A DNA stretch of 53,861 nucleotides, filler included, from Sphacelaria rigidula (GCA_964200075.2; 3 parts of 3 records of this genome joined end to end with filler, not necessarily neighbours in it), one strand, 5' to 3'; numbered from the whole stretch's first letter, positions 12,094 through 24,123 are shown. Numbers and translations: made by a program. Notes: generated from the sequence alone by a model not told the origin.

Positions 12094-14052
12094 GTAGGCG
12101 TGTACTTCGAGCTGAAGCGGGTGACGAATATGCATCGAGTTCACGTATGGCCATACCCCCGTGATGACTCGCTAAAATCCAGACATTATCTCAGTAACCA
12201 ACGATGTAAGTGTCGTGTCGGAGAGGGATGGACCATATTCTGGCACGTGCGATGAAGGCCTTCGAGTTTCGCTCCTCGTGCCATCTTCTACTGTTCATTG
12301 TCATTGTTTCAAGGTGTCTGCTCTTTCGGTGTATCCAAGTAGCATACACTGACGGAAAGCGCTGGGGTTACAACCAGCACTCTGGATTGACGTGGCAACC
12401 ACTACCGTTTAGAACTACACACATTAGAGCCGTGAAGTGCAGCTCTGGCCAGTTGATGTTTTCCCAGTTGATGGGAAACACATCGGCGGTGAGCGGCGAA
12501 GCCGCGAGCCCCAACGCCCCCCTCCCGCCCCCCCCTCCGGCTGGTGCGAGGGCCTCGAGGGAGCGCCGCCGGAGGTGAAAAAAATGCGGTGTTCAGATTG
12601 TTCTCCCTTCAAAAATGTAGATGTGAAAAATGTGCCCTCTCACATTGAGGAGTTAAGAGGCTTCGATGACATGAAAGACGTATTAGACCAGGCAGCAATC
12701 CGAAGGTCGTTCATCTGTAGCATGCAGCAACAGAGGCTCTCCGTGAGGAGCGGAGGATTGGAATAAGGAAGCCAAGGCTGACAGCACGTGGGGATAAAAG
12801 TGCAAAATTATACGGGCCGACAAAACGCATGTAGTCGAATAGCAAGCTCCGGTATATATTGTACCTTATGGTCGCGGGTTACCATTTGTCATTGCGTTTC
12901 GGATGTCATTCAACGAAACGACAAACCGTGGCGTATATCCGCAGTCACCTCGCGGTGTAGTGAGAACGTGCTGTATCATTTTCAAAACACTTTTCATCAT
13001 GCAATTGACAGTTGGTAATTGTTCGGCGTTGTGCAGTTGCGCATCAAGCCTTCCGCCATGTAAGTCACAACTTATTTTTTATTCGTCATTTTCGTCATTC
13101 GACGGACCAGCCGTTGACTTGCACGCTTCCGCCGGAAATAACGAAAAACTGCTGAACCACATGGTACCAACGAAGCAAACGGGACAAACAAAAGTGGCAC
13201 CATACACGAGAAGGTACACCCTGGTGCCTCTGGAAACAAAAAAGCACGGGTCAGACGAAATAATGATTCGTCCGGAAATTATCTGATTTTAGAGTGATTG
13301 ATTCGCTAACGGTACGAATCAATCCTTAGGCAATGTTTTCAGCGTTGCAACCCAGGTACGCGCAGCCCAGGCACGTGGAATGGCGCAAAAATTGCGTGGA
13401 AACGTGTTTAACCACCGGTGAACGTTTTTTTTCTTTGTTGAGCAATTGGGCCTGAAAAATCGTGGATTTGGTTATTCGAACCACGGATGATTTGTCCGAA
13501 CCGTGCAAAAAATGCAACTCATTTTCGGTTTGGGGCAAGGTGCTGCACGCGGACTGAACACCTCGATAAAACGTTCCAGCGCCTCAGCTCCACGCGCAAG
13601 GCGGCTGGGCAGCATGCCTGACCATTGTCATTTTCTCACACGTGTTACTACGCTCAACTACGGCGCGGAAAAGGACGACCTGTATGAGTATCGTTTTTTA
13701 AAACAAACGAGAAGGGTCAACCCTGCTCTGCTTGAAAATGTTCTCTTACCCGTTTCAGCTCACGTATGGACCCTTTTATGCTGAAGTGCATACTCTTCTT
13801 CACCCTGCTTTGTGAAGAAGTGGTGACCGAACAGTCGCAGCTATGCCCATTTGGCGCATCGTCTGAGGAGCCAGCGTTACGGTTACCACTTCCACACCGA
13901 ACAGGGTGAAGACGGGTATGCACTTGAGCATTAACGTAGCTGGGTACGGCTGTTACAGCTCGGCGTGCCCTCTGCGGAGCCGGCGTTACAGTCACCATTT
14001 ATCAAAGAAGGGTAGTGAAGGTATGCATATGAGGGTCCACACGTGAACAATA

Positions 14053-14378
14053 TTGGGAATTACGCCCCGCCAAAAAAGGCCGAAACCCAATGATCGAGAA
14101 ATTGTATCCCCCTGTCGGTTGGTCCGCAGACATCCAGGACGCGAACGCGTGCATGTCGGAGCTGACGAAAGTCCAGCGAACACGTGTACTGCCCTTCGGG
14201 CGTGCGTGTTGGAAAGATTTTTGACGAATGTTCGTTTGATCTTTGTGAGCTCCGACACACGAGCGTTCGCGTCCTGGATATCTCGTCGTATCCTCGGGAT
14301 CTGCGGGCCAACCAGCAGCGGGATACAATGTATCGCACGTTAGATTTCGTCCTTTTTAGCGGGATTTTATTCACAAGA
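14053..14378. mobile_element. foldback/MITE-like long inverted repeat inside the last ROCO intron
   Basis: Arms ~14057-14185 and ~14223-14372 are reverse complements, e.g. ATTGTATCCCCCTGTCGGTTGGTCCGCAGA vs TCTGCGGGCCAACCAGCAGCGGGATACAAT, and ATCCAGGACGCGAACGC vs GCGTTCGCGTCCTGGAT. Confidence 0.8.
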
Positions 14379-14907
14379 ACAAATTAATCCGGTTGTGACT
14401 GTTTGGCATATTTTCTGCAGAGCCGGCGGTACGGTCACCAATTCACAAAAAAGGGCGAGATGCCATTTTTCGCAGAGAGCCTCAGTGCAACGATTTATCA
14501 TGTATTTTGATGTTTCTGGCTTATAATGGCACGCCTTCCTTTCGGTTGCCCTCAGCAAACGATGATGATTTGTTCAGCAGCCCCCCTGTAGGCGGTTGCG
14601 GTTTCATGTGCACTCGTGTTATCCAGCAGTCGCTGTTACCCTGAAATTGCAGACAATATTCCAAACCCCCGTTTAGTCACCTCCACTTGGACAATACCGA
14701 CCCACCGGTTCATGAGTGGAGTTTCGTGTCGCAAAATGCCGACAAGACGTTGCAGGGCGTTCTCTTCCAGGGGTAGGTGCACTCTGTCGCGGGTAGGAAT
14801 GGTTGCTAAAATTCTTCGTGTCTGCAATTTTATCCTACCCGCAGTTGTATTGACAACGCCTTGCCCTCGCGCTCCGTTTACCCCGGCGTTGCCATATATA
14901 TTGATAG

Positions 14908-15111
14908 CCGCGGCCTGCTCCGCTTGACGGACTTCAGTATGACCGGCTCAAGGATGTGATCAAGCGCTTCGAGGTTGATGGAGTGAAGACGAGGAAGCGA
15001 GACACGCCATTCATCAGCTTCGAAAAGAGTATGAAGTTTGTCGACGAGCATTGCAAAGGGGTACAGTGGGCTTGGGTTAGAGGGAAAAACGTGGCCCTCT
15101 TCAGGAGTTGA
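14908..15111 (+). CDS. ROCO GTPase, terminal exon D (missed by the ORF track)
   Basis: ttgatag|CCG acceptor, phase 0, 68 codons to TGA: PRPAPLDGLQYDRLKDVIKRFEVDGVKTRKRDTPFISFEKSMKFVDEHCKGVQWAWVRGKNVALFRS*. The W-x-WV ending resembles C-termini of this ROCO type. Confidence 0.72.
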   Translation, partial: PRPAPLDGLQYDRLKDVIKRFEVDGVKTRKRDTPFISFEKSMKFVDEHCKGVQWAWVRGKNVALFRS

Positions 15112-17890
15112 GTACCTGCAGCATCCAATGGGCCTGATTCCCTGTCAGTGGCACGTTTGGCCCAGAACTGATTTGGGTGCGCGATGATGTCGAAGATTTC
15201 AAGAAGTGCTGGTGGACGTTGCTGTGCTATTGGTGTGTTTAGGCATGATGTTGTAGATCACTAGCAACCCTTGTCAAGGGCTGAGTTGACTCCTGACACT
15301 GGCGAGTGTAGATCGCCACTCAGCTTATCTTATGATTTCGTACTATCATTGAAGGTTTCTCGGCTTCATCGTTTTTGATACTCCGAGTACATCTTCGTCG
15401 TTCTACTCTAAGGTCGGTTGATCATATTGCTCTGACATAATAATTCATAATACAGAACAGCGTGTCTAAGTCAGGAAACCAGTCGATCGAATTCTCCTGC
15501 AGATTGCGTTCAAGTTACCACTCGGGCGTGCTAGCTTCTGCGGATTCTGGTACAAGAAGCAGGTGGTGCTCCGGAAAAAACAAATTGCATTTTTGTGGTG
15601 TTCGAAGTATACGGCATGAACCTTCGTCTTCTGTTACGAGGTGCCCATATTTTATTTTCTCCACAATATAGAGTGTCGAAAGATGTTCTATTTACCATAG
15701 AGTCAGAGTGCAGAGTGGAAGCTTCGAAACTTCACAGTGGACGTTGAAACGTTTACAGCGGAAGCTGATGTGACGTGGCTTGACGTGATTTTTTTTGTCG
15801 CAGTGATTGGCCGCAGGTTGCCCCGCCAAATGTACGATCGATCAGCGTCCACTTTAATCGATGGGACAACACTTCGAAAGTACACAGGGTGGCACAGCAC
15901 TGCCTGCACCGTACACAGCGATCGTACGCACTATACACTACGCTCTTTCACTGCACCTGCAATACGTCAATCCAATACGGCGCACTATAAGACACTGCAG
16001 TGCTGTAGTGCTGTGCAGCGTGGAGTAGAGTGCAGTAGAGAGAGTGCAACACAGAACACTACAACAGTGCATTGCGATGCTGTGAACCATTATACTGTAC
16101 AGCGATACCGTTCAGAGAGTCAGGTGTAGTACTGCTTGTGCGCTGTACACTACGAATCGTTCCCACCGTCTCCTTCCAGCTGAAGCTGGCAAGAGTGAGG
16201 AGCTGCACCCAACGCAACGTGTACCCGTTGAGCATTTGAATTTTCACGCAACACAACCAAGCGATGCTGATACCATGGCGGTGTCGGGGAGGTCTTCTGA
16301 TCCCGATGCCAAGCTCTTCTAATTCGTGAATGGCCCAGTGTGATGAGTATGGCAGTTTTTATGGATGATGAATGCCCCACTTTGCTTGTTAGGGTGTATT
16401 GACTTTGGGCTGGACGTGATCATGGTGGTGAGGGTGGGCGTGGTCATTTTTCATTCCGCAATGAACTCCGAAGAGCAGAAACGGTTTTCAGAGTGAAGTG
16501 GTGCAAACGGCACTCTGACTCTGAAAAATTCGCTCTGAAAAGTACTTCATAGCGGAAAGTGCACCGTTACCGGCTAAGATTTGAAAAAACGTTTTCCGAA
16601 ACTTTCTAATGAGTCAAAATTTTCATGTATGTCACGTATTAACTTGATGTTTTATTCTCCACAGGTGATTGGACACCTTCTCTCGAAATATCGAGCGTTG
16701 GTGTTTGTTGGGAAAAAAAGTAGGTCGTGCTCAGGACACACGTTCCAGTTTTGTGATGTAGGTGCAATACGGATGAAAACCCCCATTGTCTACGAGGTGC
16801 TGTTGACCGTGTATGATCCCAAAACGATTTTATTTCTCTGTAGCGCAATACATGTCAAGATGAAAAAAACGACGGTCCATATAATTGTTTTTTGTTCACA
16901 ACAACGATCTGGATGGTTCCGGTCGAGCGAAGATACCAAATAAACAATCCCCGAGGGCTGTACAATCGTAGGGCCGCAACGACCGGTGAGCGCGCAACTT
17001 GTTCAAAAGTTCATTCACGATTGGGGTGCACTACTATGGAAGCACGAGTTTTCTCCGGTAGCACCTTGATCGGCAAAAAGTGAGGAAAAAAGACAAAACC
17101 ACTTTTCTTCGCGGGATTGGTTCGATCTAGCAAAAATACCACATGCTGACCTGAATAGCGTGGGGTTGTGTAATTGCAGGCCCCCAATGACGGCTACCCC
17201 GTAAGTGTCCGTTAAATCATCAAATTGATTGGGTACGCCCTATATACTAACAAGTTGGTGAAACCTCCTTGCAAATAGATACGAGCTGGGGCCAACTCCG
17301 GATGTTGGCGGGTTAACGGGCCGCCCGTTCAGTGACGGAGTCAAAAGAAATTCGGAGCAGTGTTTTCCAGGCCACTTACCGGCCCACGTTTGGTGGCTGT
17401 GTATTGAAAATTTGTGTAGGCCGTGGCTAGGGCACAATTGACAAAAAAGGTGGTTCAGGATGACTTTTTTAAATTAATTTTCTTCACTGGTTTACGGCAT
17501 TTTAGTACGGAAACGCTCATTTTTTTACGAGAACGCCCGAACCTCTCCAAAAGAAAAAATTGAGGAGCCATTTTTGTTTTTACTCAACGTACCTCTGTGG
17601 CTCGTTATCCTGATTTTCAAGTTACAATTTTAAATATTGAGCTAACACTTTGAGATGAGGCCCAAGAGCAGTGTTCGTTTATCCTCTAAACTGCCCTAAA
17701 CACGGGAAAAAATTGAAAGAAGGAACGAAGAGCCATCCTACGATAGAGGGGGGGTACTTGGTTGCACGAAAAACGAGGCTCAAAAGTGTGTCAGACATCC
17801 TTCCACACTTTCGTTGCGCTTGTACTTGGTTCCAAACCGTGTCAGGCAGTGTGGATAAGCGTTATTGATTCACAACAAGCTTGTTCGAAC

Positions 17891-17990
17891 NNNNNNNNNN
17901 NNNNNNNNNNNNNNNNNNNNNNNNNNNNNNNNNNTTAATTAATTAANNNNNNNNNNNNNNNNNNNNNNNNNNNNNNNNNNNNNNNNNNNN
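17891..17990. other. artificial contig-joining spacer
   Basis: 44 N + TTAATTAATTAA (stops in all six frames) + 44 N. Confidence 0.98.
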
Positions 17991-18766
17991 AGAGAAATGT
18001 CACTTCAACCCCATATTTTGTATGAACCCCAAAATATAAAATCGGCTGTTTTTTAGTGATCGGTCGATAAAGGACTGACCCATCGGAATAAAGATGGTAG
18101 GAAGAGGATCGTATTTAATTTAGGATTTGCGGCAGGTTCGACGTTTTATTTTTGCATGACGCAGGAGACAACAGCTACTCAGAGGACATAGGGGAGCCTA
18201 CACAGTCATCTCGCCTACACAAACGTGCGTCGGGTGGCGCGATACTCGTACTGTCAGCAGCAAAGATCGGTACAAAGATGACCGTAACAGAATCTATTTA
18301 TTTAGGGTCTGCGGAGGTTTGGCGTTTCTCCTGTCGCCTGTCATGTGAAAACGTAACATCGATTTTAGCTTACCGCAGAGGACGATAGATGCTCATGAAA
18401 CAACGGAGGTTTACAAAATCATCTTGTTGTCCACACGAAGGTGTGTCGGGTGGCGCGAGACTCTCGCTTCGAGTTGAGATCAGCTGTTGTTGAGAGTTGG
18501 TCAATCGATCAAGGGGTGACCCATGTCGATAAAATGGTACATCTTTCTACTTCCGCTGACACAGACCCACTCTCTTGTGGATCTAATCCAAGCCTGGCTG
18601 GTATCAAACCCAAGGATTTTGCAAGTTCTAGTATGATGGAAACGCCTGCGACCACCAGTGGGTTTGTTCTCGTTGCCTTATCGGTGGTGCGAAGGCGCAG
18701 AGACCTCATCGTTCAGGAGCCTCCTCTCTTGACAGCCGCGCATACCTATTTACGATTACACCCCCT

Positions 18767-19038
18767 GCAACAATGTTCCGTGAGATTGAGAGTGAGTGGG
18801 TTTTATCATTCGCTTCAACTTGGCCATTTTGTCATCATGTGTGAGCTCTCCTTTGCCTGTAACACTGGCATGCGCTTACAACTAACTACACGTCGATACC
18901 CTACTTAGGGATACCAAGGGCTTCAGTGGCAAGCTACTACAGAACGCGTATCGAACCTTGTGGAGAGTCATTTCTGAGCGAAACGATTCACTCTCAATCG
19001 TACCCTCTACTCTCAATCTCACAGAAACATTGTTTTGC
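18767..19038. mobile_element. small MITE (~30-bp imperfect TIR containing GTGAGATTGAGAG)
   Basis: Left CAACAATGTTCCGTGAGATTGAGAGTGAGTGGG; right CCCTCTACTCTCAATCTCACAGAAACATTGTTTTG. The internal sequence is homologous (inverted) to 30571-30879. Confidence 0.7.
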
Positions 19039-20219
19039 GCAAGACTTTCTTCAGTCTCCTCTTATACTTACTCTTGGCGCCAAGACCAAACCAAACCTGG
19101 GAATCTACTCTTTTACCACTGATTTCGCAGAAACCCGTGCTCCATTTCCTGTATGGCTGATTTCTTTTCTTTGCTTTCGTTCTTTTGCCCTGGAACCGTG
19201 CGGGAATGGGAGGACGCTAGTCTTTTTTTGCTCATTTCATTTTTCTTCAGTACTTGAGACCCCCCGCGTGCTTCCTCAATCATACGCTTATCCACCAACT
19301 CTTCATGTGTACCCGCCACAAGAAAAACGAAATCCTGTAAGGATTAGGACGGTAGCCTTACTAGCCACCGTGCTATCGAAAAACAATACTCTGCATTTTC
19401 GGCGGTTGATACTTAAGGTAGTCGGGAGTACCGAGTACTCGAAGTGTTCTGGAACTGGAGAACATCTGGGGGGTATCGCCCTCTTTTCTCAGCACGTTTG
19501 CAAGGTGGTGTAACGCATGGCTCATCCCTTCGCTGTCTTGTTCTGCCGTACAGACTTCTGCTTTACCGTATGGACTCCTGCTCAACTGTGCAGCTGTCCT
19601 CCGCGGTAGTATTTGGGCGCGATATAGCACTGGACATGGTACTTTTGTGCTACGAAAACAATGGACTGTCTGCACTGCACTTTATATACACTGCCCTGTG
19701 GTGCATGTATCCTGATTCACTACAAGTACTGCCTACCCGACGTCCTTCAAATCTTGGAGGTTGGAAAATCAAACTCCGCGGCCCTGTAGACGAGCACTGT
19801 ACGCTCATCAACAATTGTTGCTTCGCTGCACTGTACCGTGAGGGTAGGATATAATTTGATTTGATTGCGTACAGCTACGGACCGCGAGAGAGCTCTCTGT
19901 ATTGGGTACCAATTAATGCGGTTTACACGAGCTTGCGTACGAACAGCTCAAGACTACAAGTACTACCGTACTTACTGTACCACTGTGCTGCGGGTGCTTT
20001 GATTGGAAGTGATGCTTGAGGGAGATCTGGATTTCGGCATTTCGGCGCGACCATACCTGGTTGTTACTTGAAAGTTGAAGGCAAGATTTGGACTGTCAAG
20101 TAACTGAACCGCATGTAGTATTCACCCTGACGTCAAATCACCTCTGCGTATTTGCATTTTTTCACGCTATGTCCACCGGTGGTGAGTGGATATTCCACCG
20201 AACCTCGGAATAACCCAGT

Positions 20220-20510
20220 ATGTTCGGCCGTCGACACTCCAGGCACTCTAGAATATCGAACAAGTAGTATCTTCGGCGGTCGACACTCCAGGTACTCTGG
20301 GATGGTCACAAGTTTCGGCAGGCGATACTCGAGGTACTCCGGAATACTCAGTATTTTCGACCGGCGATGCTGCATTTGACTAGAATACCCAATATTTTCA
20401 GCAGTAGACACTCCAGGTACTCCGGGATACACAGTATCCATCCATACTCCAGATACTCGCGAGCACGGGGTGCTTGCTGCAAATATTCTGGGAATAGTGA
20501 GTACCAGGAG
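20220..20510. repeat. degenerate tandem repeats of (C)GACACTCCAGGTACTC-type unit, probably transposon subterminal array
   Basis: At least 5 variants of GACACTCCAGGTACTC/GATACTCGAGGTACTC spaced ~35-85 bp apart, just downstream of the HCF101 stop. Confidence 0.65.
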
Positions 20511-20607
20511 CATTATTCTCTCTTCCAAGCATCTTTGGTCAAAAGGTATTTGATGTGGAGCTCTTGATCGCAATGTGATCAAGGCCCAACGTTGTTTCAA
20601 CATTCAA

Positions 20608-21468
20608 TTATTGTACAGATGCCACTTCTTGCCTCTTTGTACTAGGTTCATAGTACTCCGCGAAGGCAGAGTACGGATACAGTGAACTGTGGCCGTCGCT
20701 CCACTGCACCGACACTGCATAGTTCCCTATCGGCGCAAAACCAGACGGGACGATATCCTCAGGAACAGTTGCGGGATCCAGCAGAGGCCGTCCTGAGAAT
20801 TCTTCCACGCACAGTGCGCATCTACATCGCCGTCGAAGATCGGCAGCAGGCATAACCTGACTGCCCTTCGTTGTATCGATGGTTATCGTACCTGCGGCCG
20901 GCTGGAATGAAAGCATCGGTCGCTCATTTGCAGTGTACCTCAGCTTCGCCACCTCTCGCACCACGGCCTCAGCCAATTCCAAGAATGCCTTCCCGTGGCT
21001 ACCCTCGGCATTTGAAATCATGTACGGCGTTCCTGTGTCTCCGCAAGACGCCACCTCTTCCACTAATGGTAGCTGCACAGTGTTTGTGATGCCCCACATA
21101 TCTGCCAGACGCCCGCGATGTCCTTTCCCGAAAATAAACTGCGGCGTTTTGGCCTCGGCACGTCTCTTGACCATGCTAGCAATCACTGCTGCTCGAAAGT
21201 TCACCTCGTCTCGGGGGAGCAAGTCGAGGCCTTCCCGACTGGCCGCAGCAGATAGCTCGTCATTTTCTAGTCGCAGTACCTCGGCGATGCTCTCCTGCAG
21301 TCCGTCTTGCAGCTCCGCCTCATTGACCGCATTATAGTAGGCCATGTTCTCGACAACCGCCACACTAGGCACATTGACCGTATCAAAAAGATCGATGCCT
21401 TTTACGACGTCAGTGAAACTGAGTTTCTGCGGAGTGGTGACGATGACTGCTGCTGTTATGTTGAGGAC
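20608..21468 (-). CDS. HCF101: Fe-S cluster assembly factor HCF101 (Mrp/NBP35 P-loop NTPase C-terminal half + DUF971/GBBH-like N domain), terminal exon
   Basis: acaaacgcag|GTC acceptor, phase 0, 287 codons to TAA. Motifs AAVIVTTPQKLSF.DV.KG, AVVENM, FGKG, GDTGTP, LAEAVVREV, then LRRRCRCALCVEEFSG...IGNYAVSVQWSDGHSSLYPY. Upstream exons were not found on this contig. Confidence 0.92.
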   Translation of the reverse strand, partial: VLNITAAVIVTTPQKLSFTDVVKGIDLFDTVNVPSVAVVENMAYYNAVNEAELQDGLQESIAEVLRLENDELSAAASREGLDLLPRDEVNFRAAVIASMVKRRAEAKTPQFIFGKGHRGRLADMWGITNTVQLPLVEEVASCGDTGTPYMISNAEGSHGKAFLELAEAVVREVAKLRYTANERPMLSFQPAAGTITIDTTKGSQVMPAADLRRRCRCALCVEEFSGRPLLDPATVPEDIVPSGFAPIGNYAVSVQWSDGHSSLYPYSAFAEYYEPSTKRQEVASVQ

Positions 21469-22152
21469 CTGCGTTTGTGTTGAACGCGAATTTCGTTTCC
21501 GTTGGTCAAGGACGTTGTGTTTTCGGTACAGGCAGCACGTAGAAGTCATGTGGTAATGAACGCAGTGTAGATAACAAATGTCGCTGTCGCGGTGTTGTAC
21601 TAGAGGTGACGCTTTGCTCCCTGGTGGCAGATTGATATATCCCGCATTCCTTTTTTCAGATTTGCTCAGGCTGATTCAGGATGAACGACCTGAATTTACT
21701 CCCCGAAAATCCTTCACGCCGTTTTTCCGAGTTGGACCCTGAAATTACGCTGGATATCTGGCGAAAAAAAATCGTAATAACTCATCGCTACAGATCTTGA
21801 TATAGATATTTCAGGGTCTTGACTCGAAAAATCGAATTAACAATCGCGCGTATGTGAGTTTGAAGTATACAAATGTACGCGGACGCCCCCTAATTACTGG
21901 ATTATAGTATGCTACCGACGTTTTCCTTGTGCCATTGAGCTGAAATCGACCGTTTGAGATCGGCTTTTCGATATACGCAACGAAACTTTGCACAAACGTT
22001 CCTTGGACTACCTCGGGACGATTCAAATTTCAATTTTTAATTTTGAAGCAATTTGTACCGGCTTCTCGGGGTCTTTACGCTGGGACCCCCGGAAGCCGGT
22101 GTAGAGCGACTAAATGACGAAATATTCTGCAACGACCTTTTCCATTCGTGCT

Positions 22153-23245
22153 GCGACCTAGTTGCAGGTGGGGTACGCAAATTAGAGTGCGCAAGTCGCG
22201 AACGCCTCCAGAACGAAATCCATGACAAACCCAATTTCAAATCAAAATGCTGCACACACGAAATAACGGCCAGTCGCACTCCACAGCAGTCCACAGCAGG
22301 GAGGGCAAGAGAGGATCTTGTCGAAGGGAAGGAGACCATATATGTCGGCGGCGATGAGCTCTCTACTCGATATTGACAAACCAACATTTGTATTGTGTTC
22401 CTGGCCAACCAAGCACCGCGCATGCTCGATTGAATGGATGCTCTGAACCCACCGGCTGTATGCGCATCAGCTGCTTGCTATCGAGAATACCGCCTGTTGC
22501 ACTGCTGTTGTACAAGAAACCACGCTGCCTTTATACTGTGCAGGCTATCGAGGCGGCAGCACGAGTAGTAGGAGTGTTTCTGTATCGTACTACTTGTTAA
22601 CTGGACAGAGCACTACAAGCCCTGTACAGTACAATACTGTTGTACTGCTGTTGCCTTTTGTCCGCTGTATAGAGTGTACAGTCCGCACAGCAGACAACGT
22701 TACTTGTAGTACAATGATGGTGTGATTTCACGAGTCCATTCCCCTCCTTGCGTGTATACGGCCATGTGTCGCGTAGTAGTCAGAGTACCGCAGTATCCAT
22801 GAACATGTCATCTGCCCGGGTACACTGCTTTCGCGCGCATAGGCTGCGGCGGGTGTGGACAGTTGTGGCTACGTAATCGCTCACACACATCAACGGATTA
22901 CGTTCAAACACTCAGCTGATGACCTGTTGCCCATGACGTCGCAGCATCAACTCTCTTTTTGTTCTTCGAGAACTTGCCTCAAAGAGGTTCTTCACGAAAA
23001 AACGACTCACTTGAATATTCCCGGTAAGGTCGAGCAGAGAACTCATCGCCGCCTGAGTTTGCGGTATCCTGCCCTACTTTAAGAAGAATATATTCGGTGT
23101 TACTGCCCTGCTGTGAGTTGCTGTGGAGAACGATTGTTGTTTAGTGTGTTCAGCATCTAAAATTGGGTTTCTTGCGGATTTGGCTCCGGAGGCGTTCGCG
23201 ACCTGCTCGCTCTTATTTGCATACCCCACCTGAAAATAGGTCGCG
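22153..23245. repeat. inverted pair of a ~105-bp dispersed repeat
   Basis: 22153-22262 (+) GCGACCTAGTTGCAGGTGGGGTACGCAAAT...GTCGCGAACGCCTCC aligns with the reverse complement of 23141-23245. Confidence 0.75.
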
Positions 23246-23259
23246 CCTACATCTACTAA

Positions 23260-23690
23260 ACTGCAAAGTTTGAGGATGACTCTTTCTACGAAATTTACAA
23301 CGGAAACGTCAAGAGGCTTTCTGGGTCTTCGGTGCATATCATCAGTGGAAATCCGACGACGTTAAAACCCCACATCACCAAAATACCACGTTTGAAGGTG
23401 CAACCCGATCCCACATTAACCGTTTTCAAATCCCTTCTTTGTGTTAGATTTCCTAGCTGATGGCGTTCACCGAGGTTTGATTCGTGATGAGATTGGGTAC
23501 GAATTGTATCGGGAGTAGTTATATTTACTTCAGAACAATTTTAAGGTCCCTGATTGGCCGAGAAACATTTTCACTGCCAGCGCCACGGCAAAGGACGCAA
23601 GAAAAAATCCGACCATGTAATCCTATTCGCTTGCTCGTGGGGGTCACTGTGATACCAAATATGTATATATTGAGTCAGTTTTGCGCTATG
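23260..23690 (-). repeat. dispersed repeat, diverged homolog at 39580-40035 (+)
   Basis: Shared collinear blocks GTGGCGCT, GAAAATG..CTCGGCCAATCAG, CCCAATCTC, GATA.GCAC..AAGACCCAG..AGCCTC.TGACG, CCTCAAACT. Confidence 0.7.
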
Positions 23691-24123
23691 AATCTAGCGG
23701 GCAGTAAATTTCGGCTTTTCACCCTGAACTAGCTTGTTTGTTTTTGCCATGCAGTCGACGGCCTCTACATCCCTAGACGGTCGACGCAATAGACGCTACC
23801 AACAGCATGTGCGTGTCTAAGGAATACATAGTGTAGCACTAGTGTACTCGCCGTCGATACCAGCTACATAGTAAGCGGGGACTGAGGTGAAAAAATTCAA
23901 GTGACTCACAGCACGAACAGCCCTTCCCATTTGACGGAGAAATGAAAAACATGTGCGGTTTAGCCGAAATTAGTTGGTGACTTGGCTGATGGCGCCGCGA
24001 GTGGAGAAAAAATACAACACAACCCTTGCGCAAAAGGCCGCAACGTGGACAACAAACAGAGCGTGCTTGGGGTGCGTTGCTGGTGTGGAGAGGGGGGTTC
24101 TTGCATACACCGTTGTTCGCACA

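Noticed and set aside
14161..14185. Hammerhead-like CTGACGA motif
   Set aside because: No stem II followed by GAAA; it is part of the foldback arm.
8989..21468. Convergent ROCO + HCF101 pair as a functional cluster
   Set aside because: The genes sit on different contigs separated by an artificial spacer.
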